Below are positions 10,441 through 20,790 of a DNA stretch of 64,000 nt, piece after piece. The position numbers and the translations under genes were made by a program. The notes under the pieces were generated by a model. It had not been told where the DNA came from. It saw nothing but the letters and a program-made list of their open reading frames with translations, and ran no database searches. The DNA is taken from the sequence record NZ_CP090008.1, one strand, 5' to 3'. Source of the stretch: a plasmid. The stretch's first letter is position 1, and every line of letters starts with the position of its first letter.

Positions 10441-11265
10441 TTATTTAACTAAAGCTACGTTTCGTTTCCCATCTTGTCCTTGTTTCATTTCTAAAACATC
10501 ATGTGGGATTAAAAAGTCATCTTGATAGGCTGTTGTAACGACACTTAATCCTGCAGAAACAGCCTTAAGTACTGCTTCTACTTCTTCTTGTGTATTAGCT
10601 TCACCGATAAATAAGACATTGGGATTAAAGCGTGGGACTAAAGTGACCAGAGCATCATAGTCCATACGGTTAACCTCATTGACTTGTAGCTGGCCAAAAG
10701 ATACATCCTTAATTTCGACATGTCTTTCAATTGTCATTACTTGCCCTTCTTTAAAAGCTTCAGCAATTATCAAGTAGGCTAAAGTCGTTTTGCCAACACC
10801 TGCACGACCAGTAATGATGTGTAAGCCCGGAATGCGTACTTGTTCAAGTACGTTTTCCAAGCTACTATCAAAATCAAAGTCACGTAAACAAACTCGATGC
10901 TCATCCCTATTGATACAATCTAATAGTCGTATAGCCATCGTTTCTAGTCCTCGAAAATCGCCTACCGTGGATATCCTGATGGTGATAACTCTCCCATCAT
11001 CCAACGGATAGTCACAAGTACCTAGTTGCCCACGCCGTTTTTCGATCACAATCATATCAGCCGTAACTTTTATATGATTAAATAGAACATCCGCATCTTC
11101 TGATGAAATGTGGTCATAGACCTGTTTGACACCAGCTTTTCTAAATGCTACCTCGTATTCTTCACCATGTGGGAAGAAGGTAATATCTTGGATATTGTTA
11201 TCGATAGCTTCTTTCAAAGCCTGTTTAATGTAAGTAATCATTGTTTTTCTCCTCTCAGAACTCAA
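10441..11265 (-). CDS. P-loop NTPase of unknown function (274 aa)
   Basis: Walker A 'ITGRAGVGKTTLAY'; hydrophobic strand plus acidic residue 'LFIGEANTQEE' as a candidate Walker B. Confidence 0.5.
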   Translation of the reverse strand: MSSERRKTMITYIKQALKEAIDNNIQDITFFPHGEEYEVAFRKAGVKQVYDHISSEDADVLFNHIKVTADMIVIEKRRGQLGTCDYPLDDGRVITIRISTVGDFRGLETMAIRLLDCINRDEHRVCLRDFDFDSSLENVLEQVRIPGLHIITGRAGVGKTTLAYLIIAEAFKEGQVMTIERHVEIKDVSFGQLQVNEVNRMDYDALVTLVPRFNPNVLFIGEANTQEEVEAVLKAVSAGLSVVTTAYQDDFLIPHDVLEMKQGQDGKRNVALVK

Positions 11266-12739
11266 ACAAGCTTAACTGCTCACCTTCAGTCGTTGGTTTA
11301 TCGTCAAGTGGCTTTCGACAAGCTACTAGTGCTTTTGGCACCTTCTCGACCTTATAAATAGGTTGCATGGCATAGTAGTTCTCAAAGAACGTATCAAAAA
11401 ATGCAAACAAAAGGTGTCGACATTGCCTTAAAGCCCTATACTCTAATCGAGTATAGTAAGTTGTTTCATCAGATAGCAATTCTGAATCCTTGGTATAAGT
11501 TTCAAAAACCCACCATTCAAAGCCACGTGCAAACACCTCGGTTGGTGTCAAATAATAGTCCAACTTCTTCTTAATGTGAACAGCTTGAGCTAAGTCCGTT
11601 CTGGTTTCCTCAGCTATTTGAATTAACTTCAGCAAGCTAGCCTTGTAGATATATCGAATATCTTTAAAGCTATGTGACGTAGAACTAATGATTCCAGTTT
11701 TATCATACGTATAGTCTAAATAATGTCCATACTCATGTATGAATGATGAGGAATCTCTTACATCAACTGCCATGATATTTAACCCTGGCACATAAAGTCC
11801 GCTTGCTTTATGTTTTCCTAGCTTTCGGAATTTGAGTTCAGGTTCTACAGTCGAATGAGGTAAGTGATTACACAACTTCTCCCATTCGTTCTCTAAAACT
11901 TTAAATTTCTCCTTGTCAAAATCACTACCTCGATAACGCTCAGTATCAACTTCAACTTTCGAAAACCCTAAATCAAGAAATGACGTGTTACTGTTCATTT
12001 CATTATCTTGAAAGATTTTATCCTCACGCACACTGGCTATCGTCTTAGTTGACTGATTAACATATTGTGCATTAAGGTTGGCTGCAAGAGCATCTTCATA
12101 CTCTCTTTTAAGAACGTTAGCTATCTTTTGGATATTTCCATAATAACTACATTCCTTATAGATACCTTCACTATGGATAGACATCAATTCAAGAAAGCTA
12201 AAAGATACTAGTCCATACCTTGTTTGAGAACTTCTCTCTCTCCAAAAACTTAGGTTTTTCTTCAAAGGTACTCTAACCTTTGAATCGTCGACAATGAGAA
12301 GATACAAAGTGCGTTTGGTATTTTCTGCGCTTTTAGTAGCAGGTAATCTACTCCCATGGAGTGTGAGAAGAATCTGTTCACCGAAAAGGTGTTCGTGATT
12401 TTCTTCATCCCTCAAGCTCATGCTCTCGAACAGTCTTTTTAGCTTATTCGAAAAATGTGCTTGATCATAACCAATGGTTTCAATATCAGCCATGATGTCT
12501 TTGACTTTATAGGCTGTATAAACATTATCTTGTCCAAATACCTCTACTGCTAGTGCTCCGACTTCTTGAGATAAAAGTTCCTGACCTTGATATCTGCGAA
12601 TATTCGCATAGTAAGTACAAAACTTTCTCACGATATCTGCAGCTTTATCAGTCTCTTTTATCTTAGGAAAAGTGACTTTTTTAGTCGTTTGCTGTGCTAC
12701 TGCTAGTAAATTAGTCATTGTTTTTCTCCTTAATAGCAA
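11255..12739 (-). CDS. hypothetical protein with HExxH zinc-metalloprotease motif (494 aa)
   Basis: 'FIHEYGHYLDY' gives an HExxH motif in the C-terminal third. Overlaps the upstream gene by 11 nt, suggesting an operon. Confidence 0.45.
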   Translation of the reverse strand: MLLRRKTMTNLLAVAQQTTKKVTFPKIKETDKAADIVRKFCTYYANIRRYQGQELLSQEVGALAVEVFGQDNVYTAYKVKDIMADIETIGYDQAHFSNKLKRLFESMSLRDEENHEHLFGEQILLTLHGSRLPATKSAENTKRTLYLLIVDDSKVRVPLKKNLSFWRERSSQTRYGLVSFSFLELMSIHSEGIYKECSYYGNIQKIANVLKREYEDALAANLNAQYVNQSTKTIASVREDKIFQDNEMNSNTSFLDLGFSKVEVDTERYRGSDFDKEKFKVLENEWEKLCNHLPHSTVEPELKFRKLGKHKASGLYVPGLNIMAVDVRDSSSFIHEYGHYLDYTYDKTGIISSTSHSFKDIRYIYKASLLKLIQIAEETRTDLAQAVHIKKKLDYYLTPTEVFARGFEWWVFETYTKDSELLSDETTYYTRLEYRALRQCRHLLFAFFDTFFENYYAMQPIYKVEKVPKALVACRKPLDDKPTTEGEQLSLFEF

Positions 12740-12855
12740 AAAGGAAGGTAAAGCTTAAAGCTACTACCTTCCTCTTTCTCTTATATGTACTGTGTACGAT
12801 ACACTATGAACTATACATAGTATAACATGCAATTTATTGCGTAAAAAAAGGAAAC

Positions 12856-13428
12856 CTAATTATTGTTATCAAGTTTCCTTGCATAATCTCGTTTGTGACT
12901 CTCTATATTTCGAGAAATATCATTCTTATCCCAGATTTGTAACTCCCAAGGATAATAGAAATGACTCTTGTTTTTAAAGTAGAGATGGATGCCAGTATAG
13001 TCTTCAGTATCTTTTAAATACCAATTTTTTAGACCGTATTCTTCCTTCCAATCATCTAAACGATCCATCACTTCAGTAATGACAGATGTTGGCAAAATGA
13101 CACGTGCTCCAAAAATATCATTTAAAACCGAATTTACTGGATACCCTTCTGGTCTTTTAGTAAAACGCTCAATCTTATCTAAAATAGATTCAGATGTCTT
13201 CACTCTATAGAAGTAACTAATATCTCTGACATCTGCTACCATCAAATAATCGTTGATAGATTCGTGCAGATTCAAACGATATTTTAGAATCTCATCAACT
13301 GGTACCTTCGCAAAAGTGTTATTAAGATTGACTTTAGCAAGTTTACCATTTTCAAAATACTCTTCTGAATACTTTATATGAATGGTGTTGATTTCAAAGA
13401 TCAGTCGCTCTACTTTCTTGATATCCAA
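12856..13428 (-). CDS. hypothetical protein (190 aa)
   Basis: ORF only. Confidence 0.4.
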   Translation of the reverse strand: MDIKKVERLIFEINTIHIKYSEEYFENGKLAKVNLNNTFAKVPVDEILKYRLNLHESINDYLMVADVRDISYFYRVKTSESILDKIERFTKRPEGYPVNSVLNDIFGARVILPTSVITEVMDRLDDWKEEYGLKNWYLKDTEDYTGIHLYFKNKSHFYYPWELQIWDKNDISRNIESHKRDYARKLDNNN

Positions 13429-13459
13429 CCCTTATACGTCTCCAAATAATTTTTCTTCA

Positions 13460-14800
13460 TTATACCATATCCTGTTTATTAAACGTTTTGAACTTAATCT
13501 TTTCTTCTGGGGAAGCTTTCAAAAGGAAATCATCAATTCCCTTTTCGTGAGGCCAGATTAGAGCACGAACCGTACAAGATTGCTTAGTAACTAGATCTTG
13601 AACCATGTCATACATACGTTCAAATACCGAGTCATTATCCTCAAAGTCTTGGTCAAATGCAAGATAAATTGGTTTAACCTTTTTGAGTTCAGTCTTTCCG
13701 ATAAAGTCCGAGATAGGACGCCATGCTGCTACTCCTGCCATAGAGATAACACAGATATTCCCCAATTGAAAAAGACGAGTGTTTTTCGCAACTGATGCAG
13801 TGATATCTCCTTTAAGCAAACCTTCCGTAACTAGAAGGTTATCAACTTTACTCATAAGGTTTACTTTAGCCTTACCTGCATCCGAAAAGCGTGCTTGTTT
13901 TAAAATATCATCGGAATAAGCAAAATGGGGAAAAGACTTAGCACTTGTTCCTTCTGGCTTATATGCTGACGAAACAAAGACATATTTTTGCCCTTTTTTA
14001 AATGTCAACTCAAGTCCAGAACGAAGTTTAACACTAGTTTCCTTAGTTGTCCCACTTGCTAGTTCGTGTGATGAACCTTTAGCAAACACATACCAATCGA
14101 AACTTCCATCGTCATTTTGGAAGACCTTAGCAGTACGTGCATTTCGTCCCTCTTGAAAGGCTTCGTTTACTTTGGCTTGATAACTAACGTTATCAAGACG
14201 TACTTGAAAACCTACAATTTGTCCCCAAGAATTGCGACATGGAATTAGGATTCCATCTTTTGATTCAAAAATAGGACATTTTGCGTTTTCGTTCCAATAG
14301 AAACCAGGAACTCCACGCCAAGCGTCTTTAGGAAGTCCATTTGCAACAAAAAGCTTTTCCCAAATAGTTGCTGGATGAGATACTGTTGTATCAACCTGCT
14401 TCTGGCGTGTTTGCTTTGTTGATGAAGCGTAGCCACGCAGTGCAATGGTCTCAACAGAAAGACCTCGTTCCGCACTTGTTAAGTGCTCTACATGTTCCTT
14501 AGTCAATCCCAACACATCAATAACAAGAGAATTTACTTTGTGAAGTGTTGAGATACTTGCCAAAGGTTGACTTTTCCAACTAGGTTCAAAAGTCACCTCT
14601 TTCGCTTTTTTAGGGTCCAAATCATAAATAGTCCCAGCACTACCAAATTGTGGTTTGTCTAGGTCAATCTTTCTAGCACAGACAGCCTTAGTCTGATCTG
14701 CAAAAACCAGACACCAATCTGGTTTCCCACAAATAGGACAAGGGTAATCACGTCCTACCCTAATCATTTCGGTTTGTCCAATCGTAATAATTTTTGTCAT
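13460..14800 (-). CDS. Primase-like protein with N-terminal zinc finger and Toprim/DUF3854-like domain (446 aa)
   Basis: N-terminal 'CPICGKPDWC...C' zinc-binding motif. Toprim-like conserved Glu ('LLVTEGLLKGD') and DxD ('LAFDQDFEDND'). Confidence 0.55.
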   Translation of the reverse strand: MTKIITIGQTEMIRVGRDYPCPICGKPDWCLVFADQTKAVCARKIDLDKPQFGSAGTIYDLDPKKAKEVTFEPSWKSQPLASISTLHKVNSLVIDVLGLTKEHVEHLTSAERGLSVETIALRGYASSTKQTRQKQVDTTVSHPATIWEKLFVANGLPKDAWRGVPGFYWNENAKCPIFESKDGILIPCRNSWGQIVGFQVRLDNVSYQAKVNEAFQEGRNARTAKVFQNDDGSFDWYVFAKGSSHELASGTTKETSVKLRSGLELTFKKGQKYVFVSSAYKPEGTSAKSFPHFAYSDDILKQARFSDAGKAKVNLMSKVDNLLVTEGLLKGDITASVAKNTRLFQLGNICVISMAGVAAWRPISDFIGKTELKKVKPIYLAFDQDFEDNDSVFERMYDMVQDLVTKQSCTVRALIWPHEKGIDDFLLKASPEEKIKFKTFNKQDMV

Positions 14801-14821
14801 TTTTTTCTCCTTATAAAATAT

Positions 14822-15365
14822 AACATTGTTGTTGTAAAGTGACCTTAGAAAGTCTCAAACACCTGTTCGAAGCCTTTCCTCCGTTTGCCGACAAGTTAGA
14901 GTTGGGAACACCTGTTCCTCACCTCTAATCATCGAGATGTCGCCTTCCTTTTTCGTCCGTCTACCCAAACTCAAAACAAAAAAAGCATAACAAAGAAGCC
15001 GGCAAGCCTTGTCTCAAAAAACAAGGTTGCGCGTGCCTATGGCAAACCATAGGATAAACTTCTCGTTATGCTTAGTTGCTAATAACGTTTGTTGTAGCCT
15101 TTCAAAAAATTAAAGGCAAATTATCTCGTACCTGTTGTAAGCGTCAAGCCCCTTCTTCTGTCTGATGGCTTAACTGATAGCTAAAAGCGAGTACGCTCCC
15201 TTTTAACCCAATCAAACATGTGATACCTATTGCTGGGACAGAACCAGTAATAGCATCTCCTCTTCCATGTTTACTTTTAAAATAGTCACTTGACTATGAA
15301 TTCACCGTTAGAGGTAGTGAAAAAAGATATAAATATAATTATTTATGACTTTAGTATAGCAAAGA
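14822..15365 (-). repeat. Copy A of a ~540-bp inverted repeat: promoter plus long conserved structured leader upstream of the primase gene
   Basis: Reverse complement is ~90% identical to 61430-61980, which lies upstream of ssb. Contains multiple short palindromes, for example cctatgg/ccatagg and ccttgt..acaagg. Confidence 0.7.
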
Positions 15366-15381
15366 GAAACTAACATTACAA
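15353..15381 (-). promoter_or_regulatory. Sigma-A-like promoter (TTGTAA-N17-TATACT) at the distal end of IR copy A, reading towards the primase
   Basis: On the minus strand: ttgtaa (15376-15381), 17-nt spacer, tatact (15353-15358). The homologous position in copy B has TTGCTA-N17-TATACT. Confidence 0.45.
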
Positions 15382-16460
15382 GTTAATCGTTATTCGAATT
15401 ATAACTATATATACTACTCTTCATTGTATTATATACTATACATAGTCTATAGTTTACAACACATTATGTATAGCTCACCATTCGTAACAAACGTAGAACC
15501 AAACGTCATGAAATAAAGCATACAAGATACATTACTAAACTATGTATCTTGTATCGTAAATCACCTATTACGCTCTTTATACTATTTTTTATATATAACT
15601 TATTAAACAATAAAATGTAATCATATATATAGTTTCAAAATGTATCGTTCACTATACATCGTAGACTATCTACAATATACGATAAATAATAAACAATATA
15701 TTATTTACACTACATATTGTATCGTGTATAGCAATGTATGTTGATGTTCTTTATTTTCAGAAGTATTTAATAAAAGATATACGATACAATACTTAGTAAT
15801 ACATTATTTAACTATATACTCTACATCGTCTATAATATACGATAAAAGATTTACAATTTGTTTCATTACTCATATATATAGTAATGCTATGTATAGTGTA
15901 GTGTGTAAATTGTATTACGTTTGAGTTAGAACTCGAATATGATGCTATACACTATATATCAATACAGTATGTATAATATATAGTGGTAATATACATCGTC
16001 TAATATACATTATCTTATTTTATATAACATATAGTGTATCGGGTATACTCTAGTTATGGTTTGATACTCTGTAATATTTTTTGTTATTGAATAGTATAAG
16101 GAATAGATGAAAGATATACGATATAATACTTAGCAATACATTATTTAATAATATATTTTACATCGTCTACCGTACATTCTTATATTTTATATAATATATA
16201 ATGTATCGTGTATTATTCTTGCTGAGTTTTGATACTATGATATATGCTTTTTTTCAAAACAGCATATAGTGAACGATACACTATGTATAACTTAATGCGT
16301 AACAATCAGGTTTTAAAAAGTTTTATATACTATACATAGTGTATCTTGTATTATTTACGATATATCTACATACTACTTGATATTCGATTTCTATATGGTA
16401 TACTTTAAGTAGTTAATTACATGTATCGTTTTGTTATACATAGTGTATCGTATATATTGT
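15370..16460. repeat. AT-rich non-coding region with iteron or centromere-like repeats (TGTATCG/CGATACA ~12 times; TACATCGTCT(A) 4 times; two ~80-bp imperfect repeats at 15770-15850 and 16110-16200)
   Basis: No ORFs. The repeated heptamer recurs at roughly 15652, 15712, 16032, 16203, 16275 (inverted), 16337, 16423 and 16443. Lies between the divergently oriented primase and parA. Confidence 0.6.
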
Positions 16461-16476
16461 ATTGAGAGGAGTAGAT

Positions 16477-17307
16477 ATGGTTGCAAATACAATCGTAGTA
16501 ATGGATGAAAAAGGAGGAGCAGCCAAAACAACATTAAGTTTATTATTGGCTCAAGCTCTAGGAAATGCTGGCTATAAAACGTGTGCAGGTGACTTAGATG
16601 GACAGTGCAATCTAACTACAGCAGCAGGAGTGAACGAAGACGAACAAGAAGGTATTTATTCTGTACTAAAAAAAGAAGTAGAAGTAGCTGATGCTATTGT
16701 CCCGGTTGACGGATATGATCTGCTTCCAGGTAGTAAGCTGATGAAGAACTGGGAGAGTGAAGCATCTGGTTTAAAAGATAGAGATTTTCGTTTAAGAAAT
16801 GTTGTTCAAGATATCAATGACTACTATGATTTTGTTCTCTTTGATACCCCTCCTTTCTTTGGCGTTTCAACAACTAGTACGCTTTTTACTAATTCTAAAG
16901 TTTTTGTACTTATCCCTACAACACCTGATAAGTTTGGTATCGAAGGTGTAAAGGATACAATCGAAGATATTGAAGCAGTTCAAGAAGGATTCTCTTTCTT
17001 TGGAATTGATATTGTTATAGCTGGGATCGTTATAACTCAGGTTGATAAAGGGCCAGGCTTTAGTAAAAAATCAATTAAACAAGTCAAAGCAAGAGAAGCA
17101 GTATCAACTCTTGAGAAAATTGCGGAAGAACATAATACTAAAGTTTTTGAGCAATACTTATTTAATAATAAACAATACAAAGATATGATTGCTAATCAAG
17201 CAAATGTTTTTACAAATAGTGGCTATAGCATCCCTCAAAAACAAATCACAAATGTTATGAATGAACTAATTAAGACGATTGGAGAACACGATGCCGAAAA
17301 AGCTTAA
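16477..17307 (+). CDS. parA: ParA/Soj-family partition ATPase
   Basis: Deviant Walker A 'MDEKGGAAKTT' near the N-terminus; RBS gagaggag upstream of ATG 16477. The ORF track start at 16462 is probably upstream of the true start. Confidence 0.8.
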   Translation: MVANTIVVMDEKGGAAKTTLSLLLAQALGNAGYKTCAGDLDGQCNLTTAAGVNEDEQEGIYSVLKKEVEVADAIVPVDGYDLLPGSKLMKNWESEASGLKDRDFRLRNVVQDINDYYDFVLFDTPPFFGVSTTSTLFTNSKVFVLIPTTPDKFGIEGVKDTIEDIEAVQEGFSFFGIDIVIAGIVITQVDKGPGFSKKSIKQVKAREAVSTLEKIAEEHNTKVFEQYLFNNKQYKDMIANQANVFTNSGYSIPQKQITNVMNELIKTIGEHDAEKA

Positions 17308-17815
17308 TACAATCCAACAAAGAAATTTTAATAACCTTTTATCAGCTGTTGAATCAAATGATCGCACAACAGCTAAAGAAGTATTTGACCGTTTTTTTAA
17401 AGGGAAAGAGATTGAAGAAGTAGTAATTGATAAACTTAAGGAGAAGCATGATATTGCTTTTCTAACTGAAGAAATTGTAGAACCCAAAAAGGCTGCTGTT
17501 TCTCCTAAAAAAGTAAACATTGTTACTCAGAAAAAAGAAAAAAACAAAATTCCTACTAAACTTGAACCAGCAAAAACCCCGGAAGAAAAAGTGCGTTCAA
17601 ATCTAAACATGACACAATTATCAATGTCTCGTTTTAGTGCATTAAGAGCTGTTTTAAATAAAAAAGACCTCAAAGGAGAAAATGGCAATTATCCTAAACG
17701 TGGAGGATCTGATAAGCTATTCACTGAAATGTTAGATCAGATGTACCAACTTCTAGATGAAGAACAAAAAGAGTTGTTTAATACATTGGTAGAAACTGAG
17801 ATGAGTTTTAAATAA
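17291..17815 (+). CDS. Putative partition adaptor or centromere-binding protein (ParB/ParG-type partner), ~174 aa
   Basis: Immediately follows parA with a 17-nt overlap. Small and Lys-rich. Assigned by position only. Confidence 0.4.
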   Translation: MPKKLNTIQQRNFNNLLSAVESNDRTTAKEVFDRFFKGKEIEEVVIDKLKEKHDIAFLTEEIVEPKKAAVSPKKVNIVTQKKEKNKIPTKLEPAKTPEEKVRSNLNMTQLSMSRFSALRAVLNKKDLKGENGNYPKRGGSDKLFTEMLDQMYQLLDEEQKELFNTLVETEMSFK

Positions 17816-17829
17816 TCTAATTTAACATG

Positions 17830-18320
17830 TAGTTATCATACAAAAATGTAGGTAACTCGAATTGAAATCATTTTTTGCATACAAAAGTGTAGGTAATTAC
17901 TACACTTTTTGTTTTGTTGTGATTTTAAATATAGTTTAGAGAGAACATAGTGATGTTTTAAAGCTTATTATTACTAATTTTGTTTTAGTAATAATAGTTT
18001 AAATAGTATTAAGTAGTATTAAGTGGTTAATTATAGTTTAAGTAGTAGAACTCCTGAAACCCTTGCTATTATTGAGCTAAGCCTACCTTTATCATATAAA
18101 AGTGTATGTATATCCTACATATTGGCAGGTATATCATATAACTTTGCATGAAAGTCACACAAAGTTGTATGTTAAGTCTACAAAAATGTATGTATGTCAT
18201 ATAAAATTGCAGGCGTATCCTACAAAACGGTATGTATGTCCTATAAATTTGTATGTTAAGTCTACAAAAATGCATGTATGTCATATAAAATTGCATGTAT
18301 ATCCTACAAAATGGTTGTAA
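17830..18320. repeat. Iteron array upstream of the replication initiator (2 x 'catacaaaa(a/g)tgtaggtaa'; 2 x ~70-bp 'ttgtatgttaagtctacaaaaatg(t/c)atgtatgtcatataaaattgca..tatcctacaaaa')
   Basis: Direct tandem repeats visible at 17850-17905 and 18160-18305. The 72-75 aa ORFs inside are repeat artefacts. Confidence 0.65.
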
Positions 18321-18503
18321 ATTTAAAAAAATACTATGAAAATCAGAATATTAGTGATATAATGTCATACAAAAGGGTTGTAAATTAATATTTTTATACC
18401 CTGTCACATATTGCAGTAAGTAATTAGCTTGTAGTAAAATAATTACTTTTATTTAAAATACAACCAAAATGTATGATGAATGAACTAAGAGAGGTAGAAG
18501 CAT

Positions 18504-19967
18504 TTGGTAGAGAATAGAGAGTTCAGAGAGATCATCAAATATGATAATAAGTTTACCCAAATGTTCCAACTTGGAGACCTTTCTCCTCTTCAAGAAAACA
18601 TGATTTATTCTATATTTGGTGAGTTGCGAGATGTTTATGACGAAAACGAAGCAGCAATCTTTTCTTATTCGAGTCTGGCAATGCTAGCAGGAAATACATT
18701 TTACAGCTCTAGGGAACAAAAAATTGTTCCTAGGACTGGTAAACGCTTTGAAACTACAGTTGAGGAACTAGAGGAAAGAATGACTAAAATTGTATATCGA
18801 CATCCCGAAAAGGTTGTCGATGGTAAGGTAGTCTCTTACACCTCCATCCCACTGTTCAAGACCTTTAGAGTAGACCACGAAAATAAACTCATTAAAATCC
18901 ACTTGTCTGATGCGGAATATACTGAATATGATGAAGTAACTACAGAAGATGGAACAAAAGTAAAAGTAGCGGTTAGGCGTACAGTTAAAGACCTTTTTAA
19001 CAACCCAGAGTGGGGTAAAAAAGCTAAGTACATTCAGTATGGTCGTGACTACCATAATCTATTGAAGAGTAAGTATTCTAAACGATTATTTAGACATTTA
19101 GCAGACTGGCGTAAAACAGGCTTTGTAAAAGATACAGCTCACGAGCTTGAGCAAGAAGTTTTGATTTTGGATAGTCCTAGTTTACTTCGTTCGAAAGGTA
19201 CTAAGCTGCAACAAGCAATGGATGAAATCAATACGCTATTGGTCGATGAGCATGGACTTCCTGTTATTCAAGATTTGACAGTCGAGCGAATCAAAAAAGG
19301 AAAATCAATTACCCACTATATATTTAGGTTTAAACCGTTCGATGACGATTTGAGACGTATTGTTGCAACAAACGATAAAGTCATTACCTTTGAGAAGAAG
19401 AAGGAGTTAGACTTCAAACGTAAGATGGCTATTGTCATGGAGAAATTCTACACTGTTTTTCCTAAAGGGAGCAAAGCTGACAACTACAATAATAAAAATC
19501 AACTCAAACGTTGGCTTGAAACAATGGACCATGAACTAGTTATTGAGGCGTTGGAAAGAACAGGAAGTGATGCAAACCGTACTTTTGGTTGGACAAGAAC
19601 ATTGCTCAATAAATGGGAAGTAGCGGGATACACAAAGCTTTCAGACTTGAGAGATAGTCACCCAACTAATAAGGATAATCGTCCTTCAAATGTTCCAGAC
19701 TGGTCTGAGCCAAACTATGAAAATGGAACGGATGACAAAGACCGTTTAAGACTAGTAGTGGTAGCAGTAAAATCAGCAATTAAAATAGAACTCTCAAAGA
19801 TTCCTGACGAAGATAATAAGTCGGATATTAAACATTTAGCAGAGAAACTGTTACAAGAGAAGCTGTGGGAACTTAAAGATAAAGGATTAGAGTCACTGTC
19901 TGATAGTCATTTTGAAGAGACAAGAGAACAACTTTTGACTGAGATACTTGATTATTTTAAAGTATAA
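18504..19967 (+). CDS. Iteron-associated replication initiator / replisome-organizer-like protein with DnaD-like C-terminal region (487 aa)
   Basis: Lies directly downstream of the iterons. The C-terminal 'TRTLLNKWEVAGYTKLSDL' resembles the DnaD-domain W-x3-G-x-T motif. Confidence 0.5.
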   Translation: MVENREFREIIKYDNKFTQMFQLGDLSPLQENMIYSIFGELRDVYDENEAAIFSYSSLAMLAGNTFYSSREQKIVPRTGKRFETTVEELEERMTKIVYRHPEKVVDGKVVSYTSIPLFKTFRVDHENKLIKIHLSDAEYTEYDEVTTEDGTKVKVAVRRTVKDLFNNPEWGKKAKYIQYGRDYHNLLKSKYSKRLFRHLADWRKTGFVKDTAHELEQEVLILDSPSLLRSKGTKLQQAMDEINTLLVDEHGLPVIQDLTVERIKKGKSITHYIFRFKPFDDDLRRIVATNDKVITFEKKKELDFKRKMAIVMEKFYTVFPKGSKADNYNNKNQLKRWLETMDHELVIEALERTGSDANRTFGWTRTLLNKWEVAGYTKLSDLRDSHPTNKDNRPSNVPDWSEPNYENGTDDKDRLRLVVVAVKSAIKIELSKIPDEDNKSDIKHLAEKLLQEKLWELKDKGLESLSDSHFEETREQLLTEILDYFKV

Positions 19968-20009
19968 CTTCAGTTGTATTTTTGTAAATAGATTATATAT
20001 ATAATAGCG

Positions 20010-20790
20010 ATACACGATGTATCGCTATTTTGTTATGCGATTTTAAGTCCGTTTCGCTCCAAAGGTGCGAAACAAATAAACGACCCGCTATGCGGATGCG
20101 CATCGAAGGTTATACCGTCATAACAAAAACACTCCAAACGAGTTACAATATAGGTGTTCAAGCCAATTGTAAAACGAAAGGAGTTAAGACTATGGCGCAA
20201 AAAGCTCACAGTTTATCACATACAAAATGGATGTGTAAGTACCACATTGTATTTACACCTAAGTATAGACGAAAAATAATCTATAATCAATATAGGAGTA
20301 GTCTGGGAGAGATTTTTCATAGACTATACCACTATAAAGGTGTTGAAATAATTGAAGGCCACTTAATGCCAGATCATGTCCACATGTTAGTAAGTATTCC
20401 CCCACGAATGAGTGTGGCTAGTTTTATGGGATATTTAAAAGGTAAAAGTGCATTAATGATGTTTGAAAAACACGGCAATTTAAAATATAAATTTGGTAAC
20501 AGACATTTTTGGGCAGAAGGTTATTATGTAAGTACAGTAGGACTTAATGAAGCCACAATTAAGAAATATATTCAGGAACAAGAGAAACATGATATCGCAT
20601 TGGACAAATTAAGCGTTAAAGAATATGAAAATCCCTTTAGGGAAACGGTAAGTAATGCGAATGCCTCTTTGAGAGGCTTGTGACGAGTCAAAAGCAATAA
20701 AGCTTGAACAAAGTGAAAGCCAGCGTCTTTAGGCGCTGGCTGGTATTATGGGCTTATAGCCCTTGATCAAACCACCCGTTAGACGCGTGG
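20010..20790 (+). mobile_element. IS200/IS605-family element (tnpA only)
   Basis: Sub-terminal hairpins flank the tnpA ORF: left 'gtttcgctccaaaggtgcgaaac', right 'gccagcgtctttaggcgctggc' and 'aaccacccgttagacgcgtggtt'. Confidence 0.65.
20192..20683 (+). CDS. tnpA: IS200-type Y1 (HUH) transposase TnpA
   Basis: 'HTKWMCKYHIVFTPKYRR' and the HuH motif 'PDHVHMLVSIPP', then 'YLKGKSA'. RBS aaaggag before ATG 20192. The track ORF from 20030 is over-extended. Confidence 0.8.
   Translation: MAQKAHSLSHTKWMCKYHIVFTPKYRRKIIYNQYRSSLGEIFHRLYHYKGVEIIEGHLMPDHVHMLVSIPPRMSVASFMGYLKGKSALMMFEKHGNLKYKFGNRHFWAEGYYVSTVGLNEATIKKYIQEQEKHDIALDKLSVKEYENPFRETVSNANASLRGL

Noticed and set aside
18069-18320. 72-75 aa ORFs on both strands (MQFYMTYMHFCRLNIQIY..., MYVYPTYWQVYHITLHE...)
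   Set aside because: They lie entirely within the tandem iterons upstream of the initiator gene, and their repetitive low-complexity translation is a repeat artefact.
20030-20191. Extended N-terminus of the IS200 TnpA ORF (track start at 20030)
   Set aside because: This region forms the IS left-end hairpins and contains no RBS. A well-placed RBS precedes the internal ATG at 20192, which gives the canonical ~160-aa Y1 transposase.
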